From assembly GCA_963804165.1 (NCBI GenBank), contig CAWDPO010000043.1, positions 192,001 to 256,000 of the forward strand: a stretch of DNA of 64,000 nucleotides, read 5' to 3'. A program made the position numbers and the translations under genes. Of the stretch, positions 43,739-53,300 are shown in pieces; the first letter of the stretch is position 1, and each line of letters starts with the position of its first letter. Origin of the DNA: an uncultured delta proteobacterium. GTDB taxonomy: Bacteria > Desulfobacterota > Binatia > UBA9968. The notes under the pieces are model-generated. The model did no database searches, was not told the origin of the DNA, and saw only the letters and a list, made by a program, of their open reading frames with translations.

Positions 43739-44032
43739 GTAAGCGCCCGCCTCAAGCGCCGGTCGACGTAGTAAGTGATGTCGCAGCGCAAGACCTGACC
43801 ATCGAGGTCTTGTGACGCTACACGCTCCGATTGTTCTCCCCTCTTGTGCTCCTCGATACAAGCAGCCATTAGAATACCAAACTCGGCAGATCCCTTTCGC
43901 ACGCGCGGAGCAATCGATCATACTGATCCGCCGGCATCTCGATCCGGATCTTCATGATACGCTCGGGACGGTGACTTTCACCCGGCGACGCTATCCCTCG
44001 ACGTAGTCGAACACAAGAACGAAACCGCACTC

Positions 44033-44269
44033 TCAGAAGGGACCGGCGGAGGTCATGATTTCTAGAGCGGCTTGACGATCAATCGGGCTCGCAAAGTCGT
44101 GCAGCTGTTTTGCCTCGTCCAGCTCGCAGACGATCTGAACGCAAGAACCGCCGCTCTGCTGGCGAACAATGCAGCCATTGCTGAGGACGGCGTACAGGCG
44201 AGACGACGTCGGACATCTATTGCTCAATCGAATGTAGCTGACAGGAGACAGTTCGATCGTCACCTTCAT
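44033..44269 (-). CDS. Small hypothetical protein (paralogue of 38316-38567)
   Basis: MKVTIELSPVSYIRLSNRCPTSSRLYAVLSNGCIV..VCELDEAKQLHDFAS. Confidence 0.6.
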   Translation of the reverse strand: MKVTIELSPVSYIRLSNRCPTSSRLYAVLSNGCIVRQQSGGSCVQIVCELDEAKQLHDFASPIDRQAALEIMTSAGPF

Positions 44270-44832
44270 TGGGGGTGCCAAGATATTCCGGCGTTTCGAA
44301 AAAAACAAATGGCCTAACAATGGCTGACGTAACCATGTTCCAACTCCGGTCCGACGTCTGGGAGTTTCTCCTGGAGGCGCTTCCCAACGGTTCCAGCGAG
44401 TACTTTTTAATACGGACCGTCACGGTCGTCGTAGCAGTCTCGGCGCATTTCCTCGTCGATCTGAGCGTGGCGCCGGTTATTAAACCCGACTGCAAGTACC
44501 GCGGTGGATGTTTCTGGTGATTGGCTAGGCTACGTTTCGGAGTCGTCGCAGCGATCATTCACGACGCATTCGTTGCAGAGAGCAGCGGCACTTTACCAGC
44601 CACGCCTATGACTCAACGTTCGTTACAGAAGCCGATCGTCATTTCGGGCACGCTGGCGATAACTAGCGCGACCCGGAATCTAGGAATTTCAGTTACCTCT
44701 GGATACCGGCTTCGCCGGTATGACGGCAAAGAGGCGCACGAGATATTTAACGAACTTCGGATACAGGACACTAGCGAGAGTCGCGAAACCACTGCAGCTA
44801 CTTTATTAGCGAGTGAGAATATCCGCCGGTCT

Positions 44833-45282
44833 TCACGCCGCCGTGTCGCCGCCCCTTCTTCCAGTTGGAAACATCGACTCCAGATATTCACCGAGGATCC
44901 GGCAGACGTCGATCGCGGATAAAATGCCCGCGAGTTTGCCCTGGCGTTGCACGATGACCGAGCCGATGCGCCGCTTGGCCATTTCAAACACGACCTCGTT
45001 CAACGGCGTGCGAAACGGCACGATGTAAGGATCGGGGATCATGATGCGGCGCGCCTGGATCGTCTCTTTCTCCGCCTCCGGGGCGTCGCGCTTGACGTAG
45101 TGATGCAGGTCCCGCTCGGACACGATGCCGACAACCTTGCCCTTGTTTTGGACAGGCAAATGACGGATACCGTGCTCGTCCATCATGCGTTCCAACTTAC
45201 TCGCCGTGTCGTCGGCCTCGACGAAGTAGGGAAAGGACGTCATCACCGCGCCCACGACCGGCATCTTTACGCTTTTCTTCAT
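44833..45282 (-). CDS. CBS-domain pair protein
   Basis: IRHLPV..VVGIVSERDL and IGSVIV..LAGILSAIDV. Confidence 0.9.
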   Translation of the reverse strand: MKKSVKMPVVGAVMTSFPYFVEADDTASKLERMMDEHGIRHLPVQNKGKVVGIVSERDLHHYVKRDAPEAEKETIQARRIMIPDPYIVPFRTPLNEVVFEMAKRRIGSVIVQRQGKLAGILSAIDVCRILGEYLESMFPTGRRGGDTAA

Positions 45283-45324
45283 CTACACTGCTCCCGCGTC
45301 TCTTTCTCCCGCCAAACCAAATCT

Positions 45325-47695
45325 TTACAAATTCGTCCAGCGCCAATCGCGAATCTCCGGCAAATCATCGCCGTGCTTCGTGATGTATTCCTTGTGCTCG
45401 ATCAGCTTGTCGCGAATCGCTTGCTTGGCGTAGGCCGCGTGATAGCCGAGCTTCGGCACGCGGTCGATCACGTCCGCGACCAGATGAAACCGGTCCATGT
45501 CATTGCGCACGACCATGTCGAACGGCGTCGTCGTCGTGCCCTCTTCTTTGTAGCCGCGCACGTGCAGATTGTTATGATTGGTCCGGCGATACGTCAGGCG
45601 GTGAATCAGCCAGGGATAGCCATGGTAGGCGAAGATAATCGGCTTGTCGGTGGTAAACAGCGCATCGAAATCCTTCGAAGACAAGCCGTGCGGGTGCTCT
45701 TCCGCCGGTTGCAGCGTCATCAGATCGACGACGTTGATGAAGCGAATTTTCAAGTCGGGCATGGTTCGGCGCAGCAGGTGCACCGCCGCGAGCGTTTCCA
45801 ATGTCGGAATATCGCCGGCGCAGGCCATCACTACGTCGGGCTCCCCGTCCTTGTCGTTGCTCGCCCACTCCCAAATGCCGATACCGGCGGTGCAATGCTT
45901 GATCGCGGCTTCCATGTCTAGATATTGCAATGCCGGCTGTTTTCCCGCGACGATGATGTTGATGAAGTTGCGGCTGCGCAAACAGTGATCGGTGACTGAA
46001 AGCAAGCAGTTTGCATCGGGCGGCAGATAGACGCGGATGATGTCCGCTTTCTTGTTGCAGGCATGATCGATGAAGCCGGGATCCTGGTGCGAAAAGCCGT
46101 TGTGGTCTTGGCGCCAGACATGGGAGGACAGCAGATAATTGAGCGAGGCGATGGGCGCGCGCCAGGGAATTTCCTTGCTCGTGGTCTTGAGCCATTTGGC
46201 GTGCTGGTTGAACATCGAGTCGACGATGTGAATGAAGGCTTCGTAGGAGGAAAACAGGCCATGGCGTGCCGGTGAGCAGATAGCCTTCGAGCCAGCCCTG
46301 ACAGGTATGCTCGCTCAAAATTTCCATCACCCGCCCGTGCGGCGATAGCGTGATATCGTCCGGCGGCCGTATCGGCGAGCCAGGTTTTGTCGGTCACTTC
46401 GAACAGCGCATCGAGGCGGTTGGAGCTGGTTTCGTCGGGACCGAAGACGCGGAAATTTCGCGCGTCCAGGTTGAGCTTCATCACGTCGCGGAGCAGTTTG
46501 CCCATGACGCGCGTCGCTTCGGCAAATACTACGCCGGGTTCTTTAACCTCCACCGCGTAGGCGCGAAAGTCGGGCATGCGCAAATCTTGAAGCAACAGAC
46601 CGCCGTTGGCTACGGGATTGGCGCCCATGCGGCGCTGCGCCCTTGGGCGCCAACGTCTTTGCAGCTCGCGGCACCAGCGCGCCGCCTTGTCGAAAAGCTC
46701 TTCGGGCCTGTAACTTTTCATCCAGTCTTCGAGAATCTTGAGATGCTCCGCCGATTCCATGTTCCCCATCGGTACTTGATGCGAGCGCCAGGTTCCTTCA
46801 ATCTTCTCGCCGTCGACTTCCTTCGGGCCCGGTCCAACCTTTGGGCGTGCGCAGGACGATCATCGGCCAGCGCGGCCGCTGAGCGATGCCGTTGTTGCGC
46901 GCGTCTGTCGTGGATCGTCTTGATCTCGCCGATGACCGTATCGAGCGTCGCCGCCATCGCCTCGTGCATCGGATCGGCTCGTGCGCCTTCGACGAAATAA
47001 GGATGATAGCCGTAGCCGCTGAAACAGGCTCTCCAGCTCTTCTTTACTGATCCGCGCCAGCACCGTCGGATTGGCGATCTTGTAGCCGTTTAAATGCAGG
47101 ATCGGCAGTACCGCGCCGTCACTCGCCGGGTTGAGAAACTTATTCGAGTGCCACGCCGTCGCCAGCGGGCCGGTCTCCGCTTCGCCGTCGCCGATGACGC
47201 AGGCGACGACCAGGTCGGGGTTGTCGAAGGCCGCGCCGTAGGCATGGGAGAGCGCGTAGCCCAACTCTCCGCCTTCATGGATCGATCCGGGAGTCTCCGG
47301 CGCGACGTGGCTCGGAATCCCTCCGGGAAAAGAGAATTGTTTGAAGAGATTTCTGATGCCTTCTTCGTCCTGCGAGATATTGGGATAGACTTCGCTATAG
47401 GTTCCTTCCAGATAGACGTTGGCGACGATGCCCGGGCCGCCGTGGCCGGGACCGGCGATGTAGATCATGTTCAAATCGTTTTTGCCGATCACGCGGTTTA
47501 GGTGGACGTAAATAAAGTTCAATCCCGGCGTCGTGCCCCAGTGGCCGAGCAGCCGCGGTTTGATATGCGCGGTTTCAGCGGTTCTTTGAGCAGCGGATTA
47601 TCGAGCAAATAAATTTGTCCGACGGAGAGATAATTGGCGGCGCGCCAATAAGCGTCGAGGACTGGTGATTTCGTTTTCCGATAAACGTTCGCCAT
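45325..47695 (-). pseudogene. xfp: Xylulose-5-P/fructose-6-P phosphoketolase with multiple frameshifts
   Basis: [86 protein letters not shown] spread over at least five frame segments. Confidence 0.92.
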
Positions 47696-47714
47696 GGCAT
47701 CCTCCTCCTTGTCG

Positions 47715-48947
47715 GTATAACCCGCCGCGGATTGAAACAAACTTGTCGTCTCGCGCGCAATGATCGCTTCTTCATCGCTCGGGATCACATAGACGTGAAT
47801 GCCGCGTCCACAGCCGAGAAATAAGACTTTCCGCGCCGACTGCGATGGAATTATTCTTGTCCTGATCCAGCCGCAAGCCGCACCACTCCATGCCCGCGCA
47901 GATTTTTCCCGGACCACCGGCGCGTTCTCGCCGATACCGCCGCTGAAGACCACGGCTCGGCGCCGCCGAGCGCGCCAGGTAGCGCCCAAATATTTGCGCG
48001 CCCGATAGCAGAACACATCGACGGCCAGCCGTGCCCGCGCATCGGAATCGTAAGCGGAGATCAGTTCGCGCATGTCGTTGGAGCGCCCGGACAAGCCGAG
48101 CAGGCCGGAACGATGGTTGAGCCAGCGTTCGACCTCGGCCGCACTCGACCTTTTCCTTGCGCGCAAGATAGTTCACCAGCGCCGGATCGAGATCCCCGGA
48201 GCGCGTGCCCATCACCAAACCTTCGAGCGGCGTGAAGCCCATCGATGTGTCCACCGAGCGGCCGGCGCGGATCGCACACGCGGAACAGCCATTGCCCAGA
48301 TGCAGCGTCACGATATCGATCTCGCGCCCGGCCGGCCAGTCAGCTCGCCATAGCGCAGCAGCGAATATCGATGCGCCATACCGTGAAAGCCGTAGCGGCG
48401 AATATGGCGTGTTTTTTGGCAAGCTCGACAGTCGATGGCATAGGTCGCCGCGGTCGCGGAGATCGTGTGCGTGAAAAGCGGTATCGAATACCGCCGCCAT
48501 CGGCAGTGCCGGACCGAAAATTTTCCGCGCCGCGTGAATGCCGTCTACCGCCGCCGGATTATGCAGTGGCGCCAAGTCGTTCAACGATTCGATGCGCGCG
48601 AGCACATCATCGTTGATTGCCACCGCCGAGGTGAAAAGATCTCCGCCGTGTACCACGCGGTGGCCGACGGCGTCGACCTGCCGCTCGCCGGCGCCACTGG
48701 ACGTCGTCAAACCAAGGCGCTCGATGATCGCGCGCACTGCGATTTCGTGGTCCGCTGCGGCGAGCTTTTCTTCCGGTGGTGAAATCTTATCCCCGGCTTT
48801 CAGTTTGAAGACGGCAGCATCGCCGAGACGGTCGATCAGTCCCACCACGAGCTTGCGGTCTCGAATCGTCGCGGCTGAATCCTCGGCAGCTTCTATGAGT
48901 TGAAACTTCACCGAAGAGCTGCCGCAGTTCAGCACCAGAACATTCAT
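47715..48947 (-). pseudogene. ackA: Acetate kinase with multiple frameshifts
   Basis: [73 protein letters not shown]; 3' end uncertain. Confidence 0.92.
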
Positions 48948-49030
48948 AAGATTATTTTACGAGAAATCGCGTGGAAATCGACCTCGGGCAACGAATCGTC
49001 GCGAGTCAATTCGATAGCAACGGGGAATTT

Positions 49031-49056
49031 GTAGGGGCAGACCCCTGTGTCTGCCC
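49031..49056 (+). repeat. GTAG-family REP hairpin
   Basis: GTAG + GGGCAGAC-CCCTGT-GTCTGCCC. Confidence 0.75.
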
Positions 49057-49085
49057 TCTTCGAATATATTGCTGTCTATTGGCGG

Positions 49086-49102
49086 AGCAATCGATATGCC
49101 AC
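49086..49102 (-). promoter_or_regulatory. sigma54 promoter for ackA-xfp-CBS
   Basis: Minus strand GTGGCATATCGATTGCT. Confidence 0.7.
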
Positions 49103-49236
49103 GAACCCAGCCGTGAGAAATTGTAAATATCTGAAGTTCCCGACACCTTTCGCGGCGAGACCTAGTTTGAGATTGCGTGCAAGCTGTGCAGGGCGACGTT
49201 TTTATGCAGCCCTTTGATGAATGGTTGAGAGAGACC

Positions 49237-49959
49237 TTACGGTCCTACGGGCGATGTTTCGAGAAACTCCACCGGCAACGGCACCTCCTGCACCGAACCG
49301 TAGACCGCGCGCATGCTGTAGGCCCGTGGCCCCCGCTTCGACGTGATGACTTTATGAATTTCCGTGCCGATGAAATGCACGCCGGTCCAGTCCTCGATCG
49401 CGACCCCGGCGGCGAGTTCCCCCGAGGCCAAAAGCCGATGATACGAAGGCCGGCGCTGCGCCTCGCCGTCATAGTGCGGGCAGCAACTGCCCGGGAGAAA
49501 GCCCAGACAATCGAGCGGACGCAGCGCATCCGAAAAAGAATCCGTCAAGCCTTGCTCGAACCAGCAGATCGCACCCGCGCTCACGCCCGTGAGCACGACG
49601 CCCGATTGCCAGGCCTCGCGGAGGATTTCCACAACACCCCAATCGCGCCATAGGGCGAGCAAACTCTTGGTATTGCCGCCGCCCACATAGATCACGTCTT
49701 GATTGAGCAGGAACGAGCGCAGATCCGGCGTGCGCTTGAAAAAAGTGAGCACCGACGGTCGGCAGCCGAGCTTCAGAAACGCCGAGTAAAAACTGGCAAC
49801 GTAATGATCCGGCTCGCCGCTTGCCGTCGGCACGAAGGCGACGCGCCCATTTTCCGCGCCGCTTTGGCGAATGATGTATTTCTCAAGCTCAAGATTTTCC
49901 GGGTCACGATAAAATCCGCCGCCGCCGATGGGAATGATCTGTTGAGGTCGGTCCGCCAT
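49237..49959 (-). CDS. pepE: Peptidase E (S51 family)
   Basis: FVPTASG, YVGGGNT, GVSAGAI, CPHYD. Confidence 0.9.
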   Translation of the reverse strand: MADRPQQIIPIGGGGFYRDPENLELEKYIIRQSGAENGRVAFVPTASGEPDHYVASFYSAFLKLGCRPSVLTFFKRTPDLRSFLLNQDVIYVGGGNTKSLLALWRDWGVVEILREAWQSGVVLTGVSAGAICWFEQGLTDSFSDALRPLDCLGFLPGSCCPHYDGEAQRRPSYHRLLASGELAAGVAIEDWTGVHFIGTEIHKVITSKRGPRAYSMRAVYGSVQEVPLPVEFLETSPVGP

Positions 49960-50047
49960 TGTTCTGCCCGTCTCGTTGATGATTCGCGAACATAAAGCAG
50001 TGTTGTCATCAACACAAGACTATTTAATCGCTCAGGGCTTCCCAAAA

Positions 50048-50080
50048 CCCTCGCCCCCTGGGAGAGGGTTTGGGTGAGGG
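50048..50080. repeat. REP-like CCCTC..GGGAGAGGG..GGGTGAGGG element
   Basis: CCCTCGCCCCCTGGGAGAGGGTTTGGGTGAGGG. Confidence 0.6.
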
Positions 50081-50152
50081 TACAGACTGGTAATTTGTTT
50101 TACGGAAGTTCATTTAGGAAGTCATAGCGATGGCAGCGCTAAAGTCGAATTC

Positions 50153-50240
50153 AAATCCCCCTTTGTCCCCCTTTTTCAAAGGGGGATTTTTCTCCGTGGA
50201 ATTCTAACCCCTCTTTGGAAAAGAGGGGAAGGGGAGATTT
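50153..50240. repeat. Nested double-hairpin repeat (MITE/REP-like); may also terminate the CHAT gene
   Basis: Outer AAATCCCCCT...AGGGGAGATTT enclosing TCCCCCTTT-TTC-AAAGGGGGA and CCCCTCTTT-GGA-AAAGAGGGG. Confidence 0.7.
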
Positions 50241-50321
50241 TCGGACGGGATGACGGGAATTATGCGAAAACTTCTGAGACAGGAACTAGTACATGGTTTC
50301 CCGTGTCAACAGAAAAACAAA

Positions 50322-53300
50322 CTAGCGCCTGCGGCGCGGCGACCGACCGCGCGCACTCGGTTTTTTCGACGGAGGTTTCTGCTCAGCTCTTTTTGGCCTC
50401 GAATTATTCGCCGCCGTGCAACTTCCCGGTCGAATCGTATCCGCCAGCCGGCGCAATCGTTGCGCGATCGCCGTATCCGCCTTCACTCGGCTTGTCCCGA
50501 TTCGAGTCGCAGCCTTGGCATCGAATAAAAGGGCCAGCAGACACAACTGCTGAGTGACGGAGTCGAGATCCTTGGGCACGATTTGAATATGGGCGAGCGC
50601 CTCCGTGTAGTGTCGGCTCACTTCCTCGAAGGCTTTCTCGCTTTTCCCGTCCTCGTTAGCCAATGCTCCGGTACACAACGATTCAACTAGATACGCGTCT
50701 GCTGCCATGACCGCGTTCCAAACATCGGGTGACTGCTTGAATCTGTCGTTCGCTTTGCCGGCGCACACAGCGCACTCCTGAACGCCTTCTTTATAAATTC
50801 CTTCGAGTGCCCTCAGCGCCAACCCGTTGAGCGCCGGATAAGGATCGAAGCGCTCGTCGGTCGCTTTCCCCGACCCGATCTCGTAGGCCTCGATGCTCGC
50901 CTGCACCGCGTCGTTGAACTCTTTCACCGTGGCTGCGGCGGTGTCGCCGGCGATGATCCTGTTTGCAAAGATTGCCGCTTTGCGTTTGTATGCGCTGCCG
51001 ATAACGGCTGCGCGCTCGACGTTCGCCGACAAACCCGCTTTGTCCGTTTTTGCAGAGCCGTCATCCGCCGGCCCGGCGGCAATGTGATTTAGATTTTTCA
51101 GGCGCGCGAGCGCGCGCTCGGCCAATTCGGCATCTCCGCTGCTTTCCGCAAGCCGAGATTCCAAGTTAGCCAATTGCTCGATGGCGGCGATCGGCACACG
51201 GCCGACTTTGTCCTCCGCGGCGATAGCAAATCTATAAAACTTGCGCGCATCTTCAAAATGTTCGACGCCGAGCAACGCGTAGGTCTGCGCCAGCTCGAAA
51301 TTCACGGCGGGTTTGCCCAGCCAATTTCTTGGACAACGGCTGAGAAGCTGTTTAAGTTCTGCGCCGATGCTCTTGGCGTCCGAGGGGGTCATCGACTCGC
51401 GGCGCCGGTAGATGTGAATGCGCAGCCGTTCGATTTGATCGATCAATTCTTCTGGCGCGATAAATCTACCGACATCCTCGCCACCGCCGTTGGACTCGGC
51501 GCGCGGATCCACGCGCCATCCCGGATCGCCGTAGGCTTGATAGGCGCCCCACGTGATGCTGCTGCCGTGTTTGCGGTAAGTCTCTCTGCGAGCTTCGAAT
51601 ATGGCGTCGCCGAACTGCAATTTGTCCTGCAGAATGCAGCGATAAAAAGTATCGGCGAAGCTGAGCGCAGCATCGTCGTCGACCGCCCATCCTGCCGCGA
51701 TCACACAGCGCACGCCGATCTCGATCAACTCGCGCGAGATGCTGTAAGCCAAACGATTGTATGCGATGGGCGTAGGATTCGCTTTTGCCAGATGACAGCA
51801 ATTGAGAAATACCAGGTCCGGAACGATCTCCATTTGGCCGATCTCGGCGGCTCCCAGCAACAGTCCATCGGACAGCACGACGCCGGTGCGAGTCACGCCG
51901 TCTGCCGCCGGCTGTTCGAAAAGGCCGTGCGCCGCGATGTGCACGATACGATACGGTTTTTGGTAAAGCGGCGTGATCACGTCTAGCGCCTTGCGCCCTT
52001 GGCCGATCGATGACTCGACCTGATAACCGTGGCGATTCAAGGCTTCCACGACCGCGCCCGCTTCTTCTTCCGCGCCGGCCAACGAATCCAATCCCTCGGT
52101 GGGTTGTCGATTCGGAAACGGAAACATCTTGAAGAAGTTTTCCGTTGACGGGTTCCCGATCACGTAGGCGAGAGGCTGCAGCGACTGGCGCACTTGGCGC
52201 CGAAAACGGCTGGATGAGAGTTGCCTGATCATGTGCGCGCCCACGGCGAGCGGTTCTTGATCCGCGAGCATCAGCTCCCAAGGCAAATTAGCGGTGTAGC
52301 CGTCGAGCACGAGCACGATGCGGTCGAGCTGGCGCGCCGCGTCTTTGAAATCCTGCGGCACCATCAGTTGAAACAGCGTCCGGCAAAACTCCGGTTGATA
52401 GCTCTGCGCACGAATCTGTTGTGCTATCAGCGACTCCACCAAACCGGGCTGGCGCTGCTGTACGATGGTTTCAGCGCGGGCGCGCTGGCCGACGTGCACG
52501 AAGCGCAAGCGCTCGGCGATCTTCGTCGGTTGCTTCGATCGATCCCCTTCGGCTCGCGGCGACTCGTCGACAGTCGGCTGGGACGAACCGTCTTCATCGC
52601 CGTCGGCGTTCGTGATGATCATGCGCGGCCAGTGGGCAACAGCCCGGCTATCGTCGAGTCGTTGCCGAACACCGATGCCTCGATCCAGTTCCTCGGGCAC
52701 TTCCAGGCGCACGCCGAGCTGACGGATGTCCGCGTTCATCTCTGCCGCAAAATCCGTCAATGAGTGCATCGCCGAGATTGCGCTATCGAGATACAACTCG
52801 ACGATTTCCAATGAGGATATCCTTAAAGAGCCGGCAGTCGCCTCGTTAAATTTAAGATTGCCCTCGACGACGCCGCGGATCAGCGCTTCAATGGAGGCAG
52901 CGACTGTAAGGTTTGCCGTGGAATTATAGCCCAATATCAGAGTGGACAGAGCGATTTCACCGCTGCGCCCGCCGCTGCAGTCGGCGTACTGGAGAAGGTA
53001 GCGAACGGCGCCTGTCCGCACCGCTTCGGTCAGCGTATTCGCTGACAGCGTGCCATCGTATTGCCCTAACCCCGTGACCACTGCCCCGCAAAAACTCCCG
53101 CGCAACCGCTCGGCGTCGTTGGGCAAGCGCAACACGACCACCGCGGTGCCGACCGGGCCGGCGTAAAGGCCCATGTTGTAGCGCTCGCTCAAGGCGCGGT
53201 CGACCACATCACGATCGATAATCGATTCCGCGCCGGAAATGGCGTCCTGTTCATAGTGGCCGACCATGATCGGCTGGGTCACGAAACGAAGATCCATCGC

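Noticed and set aside
43286-44006. Alternative ORFs at 43286-43585, 43582-43902, 43670-43921 and 43812-44006
   Set aside because: No motifs or RBS; only 43511-43738 has a good RBS and start.
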